Source: Thermoanaerobaculia bacterium (GTDB lineage Bacteria; Acidobacteriota; Thermoanaerobaculia; UBA5066; DATFVB01). From it: a stretch of 64,000 nucleotides of DNA. The stretch is taken from positions 471-64,470 of the forward strand of contig DASTIQ010000315.1 of NCBI GenBank assembly GCA_035717485.1, written 5' to 3'. How positions within the stretch are numbered: position 1 is the first letter of the stretch; the number at the start of each line of letters is the position of its first letter. Shown here piece by piece: positions 35,470 through 44,700 of the stretch. The position numbers were made by a program, and so were the translations under genes. The notes under the pieces were generated by a model. That model saw only the letters and a program-made list of their open reading frames with translations, searched no databases and was not told where the DNA came from.

Positions 35470-37557
35470 TCACCGCGCGTGCACCTTGTCGACCGAGAAG
35501 TCATCCTCAGGAGCGTGGCAGGCGGCGCAGGCTTCGCCGAACGGCGCCGTCATCACGTACGCATGCGCCGCGGCTTCCTGCGTGTCGTGGCAGCCGAGGC
35601 AGGCCGCCGCCGTCGTCTGTTGCGGCGTGTACCACTCCAGTGGTGGAGGAGGAGTCTGGACCGGGAGGTTCGTGGTCGGCAGCGGGAGCTCCTGGGAACC
35701 GTTGACATGGCATTTGGCGCAGTCCCGCAGATCTCCCGGGAACAGCACTTCCCGGAAATTTTTCTCGGAGACGATGAAATCGCGGGTCAGGTTTTCGCCG
35801 CGGTGAATCCGGTGGATGAAGCGCTGGAAGCTGATCGACTGCGGCACCGGATCCGCGCCGTCGTTCTTATTCGGATTGTGGCAGATCACGCATTCCTCCG
35901 GGGTCCGCCGCTGGGTGCCGTGGAACGCGATCTGGTCGTGGCAGACGTTGCAGTTCGCGAGCGACACGACGGTCCGACGCGGGACCGGCGCGGGGTCGGT
36001 CACGGCGAAATCCAGGATCGGGTTCAGCGCGGATTCGTCCTGCTCGATGTCCGCGCCGCCGTCCCCACGGTGGAGCGTGATCGACCGCCGGGTATCGACC
36101 GAAAGGCGCCAGGTTCCCGCCGCGTCGGCGGGGATCGCGTTCGTGAACGTGTAGGTCGCGTTCGTGCCGTCGAAGACGAGCGCCGCCGTTCCTGCGCCGT
36201 TCGGTTCCTGAATGTAGGTCCCGATGTCGGTCGTCGGGCCTCCGATGAGGAACCGGCAGCGTGCGAGCGTGTTCGGGTCGACCGGCGTGCCGTCGCCGTT
36301 GGTGACCTGGAACGTGACGACCGGCTTCTCGCCCGGAGCCGTGTGCGCGATCGACAGGATCTTCGCGTTCAGACCCGGGAGCTGGGTGGACTTCGTCGGA
36401 TTCGTGTGCGCGCCCAGGATCGACGCGTCGAACTCCGTGTCTCCCTGCGGAACGTGGCACGACGCGCAGGCGCCGTCATCGACGGCGATCCCGCCCGGAT
36501 GGTTCTCACCGGTCGCGAAATTCACGTTGTCGTGGCAGGAGCCGCACGCCGCCTGGCTCGGATACGTGTAGTAATTCGTCGCCTGAGTGGCCGGCGCCGC
36601 ATGACACTTCGTGCAATTCCGCACGTCCTGGGGGAACACGACGGTCGAGAAATCGGAGACGCCATGGCTGTTGATGATCTGGTACGGCGTGCCCGCCGCG
36701 ACGCTCGGCAGGTCTGCGCCCCGGTGGATCTTGTGGATCAGGACCTTGAAATCGACGGTGTTTCCGGTGTCGGGGTTGACGCTCTGCGGCGAATGGCACA
36801 GAACGCAGAGCTTCACGTCCTGGCGCGAGCCGCCGTGGGCGGAGAGCGGGTTGTGGCAGTTGTTGCAGGCGGCCGTGTCGATCATGTCCCACTTGTCGAC
36901 GACGGCCTGGGTGTCAGGACGGAAATCGAATTCGGCGTTGGCGTAGTAGTTCTTGTCGAAGACGTTGGGGTCGACCGCGATGAGGTTCCGGGTCGCGTAG
37001 ATGCCGAGCGTCGTGGTCTTTGTCCCGTCGTAGCTCGCCGGGAGAACCGTCTTGAACGTATAGGTCGAATGCCCGAGCGAAAGGTCGTTGAACCCCGCCA
37101 GTCCGGCGCCGTCGGCGCCCGCCTGCGTGACGGTCTGCTGAATCGGGCTCGTCGGAAGCGACGTGGCCTGCCGGGTCGTGTAGGAGGTGTACTGCCTCTG
37201 GACGGGGTCCCACCAGGCGAGCACGAAGCTCATGCTGAGCGCCCCCGGCGTGACCTTTCCAAGCCGGTCGAGCGGCTGGCCGGCATCGTCGTAGTACGTG
37301 ACGTCGGCGACCACCTTGCGGTCCGAACCGATCGTGACGCTGTTGATGGCGATGTGGAATCCGGGCCGGATGTACCCGAACTGGTCCGTCGTGAGGTAAT
37401 GCTCCTTCGCGCTGGCCGCGTACGCGCTCGGGCTCGTGAGAGTGACCGGCCGCGACGAGATCGCCGCCGGCGCCCCTCGATCCCCGACGCCGCCGAACGG
37501 GACGACGATTCCGGCAGCTGACATTCCCAAAACGACGAGGCGCCTGAGGATCTGCAT
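35470..37557 (-). CDS. Decahaem c-type cytochrome with MtrC/OmcA-like four-domain layout
   Basis: 695 aa, signal peptide, 10 CxxCH in two pentahaem blocks. The blocks are separated by non-haem domains of about 150-220 aa, like MtrC domains I-IV. Confidence 0.65.
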   Translation of the reverse strand: MQILRRLVVLGMSAAGIVVPFGGVGDRGAPAAISSRPVTLTSPSAYAASAKEHYLTTDQFGYIRPGFHIAINSVTIGSDRKVVADVTYYDDAGQPLDRLGKVTPGALSMSFVLAWWDPVQRQYTSYTTRQATSLPTSPIQQTVTQAGADGAGLAGFNDLSLGHSTYTFKTVLPASYDGTKTTTLGIYATRNLIAVDPNVFDKNYYANAEFDFRPDTQAVVDKWDMIDTAACNNCHNPLSAHGGSRQDVKLCVLCHSPQSVNPDTGNTVDFKVLIHKIHRGADLPSVAAGTPYQIINSHGVSDFSTVVFPQDVRNCTKCHAAPATQATNYYTYPSQAACGSCHDNVNFATGENHPGGIAVDDGACASCHVPQGDTEFDASILGAHTNPTKSTQLPGLNAKILSIAHTAPGEKPVVTFQVTNGDGTPVDPNTLARCRFLIGGPTTDIGTYIQEPNGAGTAALVFDGTNATYTFTNAIPADAAGTWRLSVDTRRSITLHRGDGGADIEQDESALNPILDFAVTDPAPVPRRTVVSLANCNVCHDQIAFHGTQRRTPEECVICHNPNKNDGADPVPQSISFQRFIHRIHRGENLTRDFIVSEKNFREVLFPGDLRDCAKCHVNGSQELPLPTTNLPVQTPPPPLEWYTPQQTTAAACLGCHDTQEAAAHAYVMTAPFGEACAACHAPEDDFSVDKVHAR

Positions 37558-37682
37558 TTCATACCTCCCGGATATGTGGCCATTCTAGGCACGCCGACCC
37601 AGTGCTCCGTTTGATGAAAACGAATCAAATTGTTCGGGCGGCGCATTCTTCGCGGCTCGATCGACGGACGTAAGATCCGCGC

Positions 37683-38498
37683 GTGAACTCGGTCGACGCT
37701 CCGGACCGGCCGCCCCTCAGCCGGCTGTCGGTGCGCTACCGGTTCCTCTACGCGTTCGCCGGCGTCGTCCTGGCGACGGGAGCCCCGCTCGGGGCGCTCG
37801 CCATCCGCCTCGCGACCGGCTCGGTCGCGCCGGGGATCGAGGTGAGGAATCACTTCTTCTATTACGTCTACGAGCTCTTCGGCACCGCGGTCGTCTTCGG
37901 GACCGCGGGGTTCTTCGCCGGGCGCCGCGCGGACCGCCTGCAGGCGGGGCGTGAGCGGTTCCGCGAGCTCGCCGGCCGGGACGACCTGACGGGACTTCCG
38001 AACCGGCGCCTGTTCCGCGAACATTACGGGCGCGTGGCGGCGCGGTCGCACCGCTTCGGCGAGCCGGTGTCCCTGCTGCTCGTCGACGTGGACGGCCTGA
38101 AGGAAATCAACGATCGTTGGGGGCACATGGCGGGAAACGCCGTGCTTCGCCACGTCGCGCGGATCGTCCGTGAAAAGAAGCGGACGGAGGACCTTGCCGC
38201 GCGGTGGGGAGGCGACGAGTTCGTGCTCCTCCTTCCGGGCGCCGACGCTTCCGCCGCCGAGCGCGTCGCGGGAGACATCCTCCGGGCGGCGGAGCGAAGC
38301 GCGTTGAAGGCTCCGCCGACGACGGTGACCGTGACGATCGGGATCGGCAGCGGGATCGCGGCTTCCCCGGAGCACGATTTCTTCGCCGCCGCCGACCGGG
38401 CGCTCTACGAAGGGAAAGCCGCGGGTCGCAACCAGTACCGCGTCGTCCGGAGCGACCTTCCGCCGCCCGAAGGACCCGACCGGAGTTCGAGCCCCTAG
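37683..38498 (+). CDS. Membrane-anchored GGDEF diguanylate cyclase
   Basis: Two N-terminal TM helices. GGDEF active site RWGGDEFVLLL. GTG start. Divergent from the MtrC-like gene. Confidence 0.8.
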   Translation: MNSVDAPDRPPLSRLSVRYRFLYAFAGVVLATGAPLGALAIRLATGSVAPGIEVRNHFFYYVYELFGTAVVFGTAGFFAGRRADRLQAGRERFRELAGRDDLTGLPNRRLFREHYGRVAARSHRFGEPVSLLLVDVDGLKEINDRWGHMAGNAVLRHVARIVREKKRTEDLAARWGGDEFVLLLPGADASAAERVAGDILRAAERSALKAPPTTVTVTIGIGSGIAASPEHDFFAAADRALYEGKAAGRNQYRVVRSDLPPPEGPDRSSSP

Positions 38499-38593
38499 GG
38501 CGCCCGGCGGCAGTGATTCATTCGCATCTGCCGGCCTCTTCCCGGTCCGACCCAGAATGACGCGAGCCGCAGGGGCTCGGGAAGGAGACCGCC

Positions 38594-39079
38594 ATGCCCA
38601 CCATTGCCGGCCCTCGGCCGGGAAAGACACCTCGCGCGGGCGGCGCACCGCCGAAAGCGCCGCGGCTGAGGACTCTCGTTCGCGACCTCATGACCGAGAA
38701 CGTCGTGACGTTCTCGCCCAAGGACAACCTCGCCGATCTGGCGGACCGGATGGCGGACGAGCACATCCGCCACGCTCCGATCGTGGACCGGGAGGGGGAG
38801 CTCGTCGGCCTCGTGACCGAAAGAGACCTCGCGCGGTTCGCGTTCTTCGACTCTCCCGACGCGCCGCTGTCGGTCGAACGCGAGGTGCTGGGCGGAAAAC
38901 GTGTTCGCGAAATCATGGGAACGGAAGTGGACACCCTCGAACCGGACGCCTCGCTGCGGGAAGCGGCCGAGCTCCTGCTCGAGAACAAGGTCGGCTGCAT
39001 TCCGATCGTCGAGGGGCGCCGCGTGGTCGGCATCCTCACGGAGGCCGATTTCGTGCGCCGCTATCTCGAGACCGAATAG
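38594..39079 (+). CDS. CBS domain pair protein
   Basis: 161 aa with two CBS motifs after a basic N-terminal tail. Confidence 0.6.
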   Translation: MPTIAGPRPGKTPRAGGAPPKAPRLRTLVRDLMTENVVTFSPKDNLADLADRMADEHIRHAPIVDREGELVGLVTERDLARFAFFDSPDAPLSVEREVLGGKRVREIMGTEVDTLEPDASLREAAELLLENKVGCIPIVEGRRVVGILTEADFVRRYLETE

Positions 39080-39095
39080 CGCGCCGGGAGCCGCG

Positions 39096-39509
39096 ATGTT
39101 CCGCCGCATCCTGGTTCCCGTCGACTTCACCCCGAAAGCGATGCGGGCGGCCCGGGCCGCCGCGCGGATCGCGGCGACCGACGCCGAGGTGACGCTGCTG
39201 CACGTCATCGAGAAGCTGCACGGGGACGTGCCGGGAATCGAGCGTTTCTACCGGCGTCTCGAGCGGCTCGCCCGGGGGAAAGCGGGCGCCTTCACCGGCC
39301 TCTTCCGGCGGAAGAAGACCCGCGTCCGCGTCGAAATCGTCTACGGGGACCCGCTGCAGGAGACGCTCCGCTATGCCTCCTCGATGCGCGCGGACCTGCT
39401 CGTCATGGGAAGCCACCGATTCTCGCGGTCGAGCCCGGGACGCGGATGGGGAACGCTCTCGTATCGCGTGGGATTGCTTTCCCGCGCGCCCGTCCTCCTC
39501 GTCAAGTAG
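39096..39509 (+). CDS. Universal stress protein UspA
   Basis: MFRRILVPVDFT start. Usp fold motifs (LLVMGSHRFS...LLV). The upstream part of ORF 38901 is out-of-frame overlap. Confidence 0.7.
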   Translation: MFRRILVPVDFTPKAMRAARAAARIAATDAEVTLLHVIEKLHGDVPGIERFYRRLERLARGKAGAFTGLFRRKKTRVRVEIVYGDPLQETLRYASSMRADLLVMGSHRFSRSSPGRGWGTLSYRVGLLSRAPVLLVK

Positions 39510-39578
39510 CCCGGCGCCCCCGGAAAGCGCCCTCGTCGCCGAAGCCGGGACGCCTCCCCCTCCCTCGTCCCCGGCGGG

Positions 39579-40253
39579 CTAGTGGCGGAGATGCCGGAGG
39601 AACCAGGATCCCGCTTCACGGGCGACTTCCTCGAGCGCGCCCGGTTCCTCGAAGAGGTGCGTCGCTTCCGGAACGACGTGAAGCCGCTTCTCCCCCCGGA
39701 GGGCGTCGAGCGCCGACTCGTTTTCCCGGAGGATCGCCGGATCGGCCCCGCCGACGATCAGGAGCACCGGCGCGCGGACCGCGTCGAGGAAGGCGCCCGC
39801 GAGAGCCGGCCGGCCGCCGCGCGAGACGATCGCCCCCACGTCGCCGGGGATCCGGGCGGCCGTCACGAGCGCGGCGGCGGCCCCGGTGCTCGCGCCGAAG
39901 AAGCCGATCGGCGCGATCCGCGGCCGTTCCGCGAGGAGCCAGGCGGTGGCGCGCTCGAGGCGCTCGGCGAGAAACCCGATGTCGAACCGGAGATGGGCGG
40001 TGTGGACGTCGATCTCCCCTTCTTCGGGAGTGAGCAGATCGAAGAGCAGCGTCCCGAACCCCTGGTCGCGAAGCACGCTCGAAACGAACCGGTTCCTCGG
40101 GCTGCTTCGCCCGCCTCCCGAGCCGTGCGCGAAGACGATGACGGAAGGCGACCCTTCGGGAATGTCGAGCTCTCCGGCGAGGCTCGCATCCCCCGCGGGA
40201 ATCCGGATCTCCTCCCGCTCGGCGACGGCGTTCACGAAGGAACCGTCGAGCAA
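39579..40253 (-). CDS. Alpha/beta hydrolase, dienelactone hydrolase-like
   Basis: 224 aa with HGSGGG oxyanion region and nucleophile elbow GASTGA. Confidence 0.6.
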   Translation of the reverse strand: MLDGSFVNAVAEREEIRIPAGDASLAGELDIPEGSPSVIVFAHGSGGGRSSPRNRFVSSVLRDQGFGTLLFDLLTPEEGEIDVHTAHLRFDIGFLAERLERATAWLLAERPRIAPIGFFGASTGAAAALVTAARIPGDVGAIVSRGGRPALAGAFLDAVRAPVLLIVGGADPAILRENESALDALRGEKRLHVVPEATHLFEEPGALEEVAREAGSWFLRHLRH

Positions 40254-40326
40254 GCGCCGTGCCCCGGCCCGTGAGAGGGGCGGAGCCCGCGGGAGCGGGG
40301 ATCAGCCGACGGGGAGCGGAGCGGCG

Positions 40327-41724
40327 TCAGCGTGGCGCGTACATCGCGATCACGCGCTCGAGCGACCGGCGGCAGACCGCACAGAAGCCGACCTCGTCCC
40401 GCGTGAACATGATGCAGTCTTCCTGGGGCCGGAAGTAGCCTTTCGCCTGATAGTCGGCGCCTTCGAACGCTCCCACCTTCCCGGAGTAGCGGTCGGTCCC
40501 GAGGAGCTTCGTCTCCTCCTCGCGCTCGGTGCGGAAGAGCGCGTCCATTTCCGCCTCCGGGCGGTTCGCGGCCCGGATCGCCCGCCGCTTCGCCTGGATC
40601 TCGCGCGAGCGGGTCTCGAACGTCTCCTTGTTCCACGGCGTCGGGATGGGCGTCCCCGGGGAGACGAGATCCTTCCACTTCAGGGCGGACGGGTCCTTCA
40701 TCGCGGTCGCATTCGGCTCCCACGGCTCGACCCTTTCGCTCCCCGTCTCGTAGGCGACGTCCGAAGTGAAGTACTCATCGGCGAGCCCGGAGAACTGATG
40801 GCCGAATTCGTGCACGAAGATGTACGGGGCCCATGCGCTGTCGGCCGCCACGGTGCTGTAGAGGTTATGGATCCCTCCTCCCCCGTAGGTGTTTCCGTTG
40901 ACGAGGATCTCGACGAACTCGTACGGCGCGAACTGCGCGATCTCGCGGAACGCGCGGTTGTCGAAGGTGAGCACGTACCGTTCCGAACCGAAGGCGTCGT
41001 ACGTCGAGCCGACGGGGTTCCGGCGATGGACGCCGGTGGACGGACGGGAGATTCCCGACTCGGCGGCCGCCGGGCAGAGCCCCCAGACGTTGAAGTCGGA
41101 CCTGTGCTCCTTGAACGGCGACGTCGCGAAGAGGATCTCGACGAGGCGGCGGGCGTCCTTCTCGAACTTCGGCTCCTCCTCGCGCGTGTACCCGTCGCCG
41201 AGGATCAGGAAATCGACTTTCGCCGCCGGATCGCCCGATTTCTGGAGCGCCAGCAGAGGAGCGGGCGCCGGAGGAATCGAAGAATCGACGAACATGCTCT
41301 TCGGATCGATCGTCGCCCGCCAGATCTCGCGGAACGCGTTGGCGGCATCGCGCTTCTCGATCACCACCGTCACGGGCGCATCCGGCGCCGGAAACCGGAC
41401 GGACTCCTCGAACGTCCGATCGACCTGCTTGGCTTCGTCGGTCGTCTCCCACTCCCCGTAGATCGACGCGAAGCCGCGCGAATAGAGCGGGTGCCCGGTC
41501 GCCGCGTCCCGAACCTCGAAGAAGTACTTCCCGAGGTTCAGGTCGTCGAGAGGGCGCGCCGGGTTGCCGGGCCACTCGAGGGGCTCGAGGACGACGCGTC
41601 CCCAGCTGAAGCGCTCCTCTTTCGCGTTTCCGGAATGGAAGTAGTCGAATCGCATCGTGCGCGGAGCCGCTCCCGCGAGGGCGGGGGCCGTGACGAGCAG
41701 AAGGAGCCCGACGGCGTGTTTCAT
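40327..41724 (-). CDS. Secreted M64 family (IgA-peptidase-like) zinc metallopeptidase
   Basis: Signal peptide MKHAVGLLLLVTAPALAGA. HEFGHQF zinc-binding motif. About 465 aa. Confidence 0.7.
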   Translation of the reverse strand: MKHAVGLLLLVTAPALAGAAPRTMRFDYFHSGNAKEERFSWGRVVLEPLEWPGNPARPLDDLNLGKYFFEVRDAATGHPLYSRGFASIYGEWETTDEAKQVDRTFEESVRFPAPDAPVTVVIEKRDAANAFREIWRATIDPKSMFVDSSIPPAPAPLLALQKSGDPAAKVDFLILGDGYTREEEPKFEKDARRLVEILFATSPFKEHRSDFNVWGLCPAAAESGISRPSTGVHRRNPVGSTYDAFGSERYVLTFDNRAFREIAQFAPYEFVEILVNGNTYGGGGIHNLYSTVAADSAWAPYIFVHEFGHQFSGLADEYFTSDVAYETGSERVEPWEPNATAMKDPSALKWKDLVSPGTPIPTPWNKETFETRSREIQAKRRAIRAANRPEAEMDALFRTEREEETKLLGTDRYSGKVGAFEGADYQAKGYFRPQEDCIMFTRDEVGFCAVCRRSLERVIAMYAPR

Positions 41725-41782
41725 CGGGGAATGATATAGGTTCCGAGGGGGGGTCTTCGCCCCGGAGAGGAAGCCTGTCGAG

Positions 41783-44700
41783 TTGGCCATCGTTCGCCCG
41801 CCGGGCCCCGGCCCGCTGGAAATCATCCTCGCCGAATACGGCATCAATGCGGACTACGCCCTCGAGCTCTATGACCGGTGGCGGAGCGATCCCGCCCTCG
41901 TCGACGAGGACTGGCGCGAATACTTCGAGGGGCTGACCGGTGCGCCCGCGCGGGCCGCGTCGCCGGCCACTCCGTCCGCTCCCGTCTCCCCCGCTCCCCC
42001 GGCGCCCGTCTCCCAGGCTCCGTCGGCCGCGCCCCCGCCGCGCCCGGCGCCGGAGCCTCCGGCGGGAGAGCGGCAGCCGATCCGCGGCGCGGCGCTCCAG
42101 ATCGCGCAGAACATGAAGGCGAGCCTCGAGGTGCCCACGGCGACGTCGCAGCGGCAGGTCGCGATCAAGCTCCTCGACGAGAATCGCCGGCTCGCGAACG
42201 AATATCGCGCCTCCAACGACGAGAGCAAGATCTCGTTCACGCACCTGGTCGCCTGGGCCGCCCTCCGCGCGCTCCACGATTTCCCGCGCCTCAACGACGC
42301 GTTCACCGGGGGACCCGATCCCGCGCGTCTCGCGCGGACGGAGGTCCATCTCGGGATCGCGGTCGACGTCCAGAAACGGGACGGCAGCCGGAGCCTCCTC
42401 GTTCCGAACATCAAGAACGCCCACACGATGTCCTTCGGCGAGTTCGTCGGTGCGATGGACGACGTCGTGTCGCGCGCGCGCGCGGGAAAGCTCGCGCTCG
42501 CCGACTTCCAGGGCACGACGGTCTCCCTCACGAACCCCGGGCCGATGGGAACCACGGCCTCGATCGCCCGGCTGATGCCGGGGCAGGGGCTGATCCTCGC
42601 GACCGGCGCGATCGACTGGCCGGCCGGATTCTCCGCGATGGCGCCGGAGGCGATCTCGAACCTCGGGATCAGCAAGGTCATGACGCTTTCCTGCACCTAC
42701 GATCACCGGATCATCCAGGGGGCGGAGTCGGGCGCCTTCCTCGGGCGAATCGAGGAGCTCCTCCTCGGGGAGCACGGCTTCTACGAGGAGATCTTCGAAG
42801 ACCTCGCGATCCCCCATCGCCCGTTTCATTGGGCCGTCGACCTCAACCCCGCGTTCGGCGGCGCGGACGTGTCGCGGCTCCGCGAGATCGAGAACCAGGC
42901 GCGGGTCCTCGAGCTCATCAACGCCTACCGGGTCCGCGGGCATCTCGTCGCCGACATCGACCCTCTTCGCGCCGCGCCTCCGCCCCGGGTCCCGGAGCTC
43001 GACCTCGAGACGTACGGACTGACCATCTGGGATCTCGACCGGGAGTTCATCACCGGAGGGCTCGGCGGATCGGAAACGCTCCCGCTCCGGAAGATCCTCG
43101 AGATCATGCGCCGCTCCTATTGCGGGAAGATCGGCGTCGAGTACCGGTTCATCCAGGACGGCGCGGAGAAGGAATGGCTGCGCCGGCGGATCGGAGCGCT
43201 CCCGGAGCCGCCGCCGGCCGAGGTTCGGAAGCAGATCCTCTGGAAGCTCCTCTCGGCCGAGGTCTTCGAGAAATTCCTGCACAACCGGTTCCTCGGCCAG
43301 AAGCGCTTTTCGATCGAGGGCGTCGAAACGCTGATCCCGTTCCTCGACCAGCTCGTTTCGGGAGCGGGAGCCCGCGGGATCGACGAGATCACGATCGGAA
43401 TGTCGCATCGCGGCCGTCTCAACGTCATCGCGAACGTGATCGGGCGTTTCTGCGAGCGGATCTTCGCGAGCTTCGAGGGCGTCGTCCATCCCGACTTCCC
43501 CGCCGACGAGGGGGACGTCAAGTACCACCGCGGGGCGCAGGGCGCCCGCGACGTCGGCGGCCGCCGCGTCTCGATCGAGCTCGTCCCGAACCCGTCGCAT
43601 CTCGAGTTCGTCGACGCGGTCGTCGAGGGCATCGTGCGCGCGCGACAGGACAAGCTCGGCGGCCGCGGCCCGGCGGTCTGGAACCGGGTCCTCCCCGTCC
43701 TCGTCCATGGAGACGCGGCGTTCGCCGGGCAGGGAATCGTCGCGGAGACGCTGAACCTCGCGCAGCTCCGCGGCTACCGCACCGGCGGAACGATCCACGT
43801 CGTCGTCAATAACCAGATCGGCTTCACGACCCCGCCGGGCGAGAGCCGCTCGTCGCTCTATTCGACCGACATGGCGAAGATCAACCAGGTGCCCATCTTC
43901 CACGTGAACGCCGACGAGCCGGAGGCGGCGCATCGCGTCCTCCAGATCGCCCTCGATTACCGCCAGGAGTTCCACAAGGACGCCGTCGTCGACCTGATCG
44001 GGTTCCGCCGGCACGGTCACAACGAAGGGGACGAGCCGAGCTACACCCAGCCGGTGATGTACCGGCGGGTCCGAGAGCACCCGGGGGTGTTCGCGCTCTA
44101 CGCGAAGAAGCTCGTTCGCGAGAAGGTCGTCACCGAGGACGAGGTCCGGGAGCTCGAAGCGGAACGGCTCCGCCGCTACGAGGCCGCCCTCGACCGCGCG
44201 AAGGAGATCGCCGCCGGCGGCGGCGCGCCGCGCTGGGACGAGCGACCGGCCCCGGCGGCTCCCCCGCCCGCGCCCGAAACCGCGATCGCGGCGGAGGCTT
44301 TCGACGCGATCGGCTCGGCGCTCGCGAAGCTCCCGCGCGATTTCCACGTCAACCCGAAGGTCGCGACCCTCCTCGCGCGGCGCGGGAAGATGGCCCGCGG
44401 CGAGTCTCCCGTCGACTGGGCGTCCGCGGAGGCGTTCGCGTTCGGCTCTCTCCTGCGGGAAGGAACTCCCGTGCGTCTCTCGGGCGAAGACACCAGCCGC
44501 GGGACGTTCTCCCAGCGCCACATGGTCCTCCACGACACGGTCACCGGCGCGCGATGGACGCCGCTCGAGTCCGTCGCCCCGGGCGTCCGCTTCTCCGTCT
44601 TCGACAGCGCCCTGTCCGAGGCGGGAGTGCTCGGTTTCGAGTACGGGTACAGCGTCGAAGCGCCGGAGACGCTCACCCTGTGGGAGGCGCAGTACGGGGA

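Noticed and set aside
35326-37521. 731-aa plus-strand ORF antisense to the MtrC-like gene (and 34125..35705 antisense to the MtrA-like gene)
   Set aside because: No domains and Arg/Asp-rich composition. The minus-strand haem-motif proteins account for the region.
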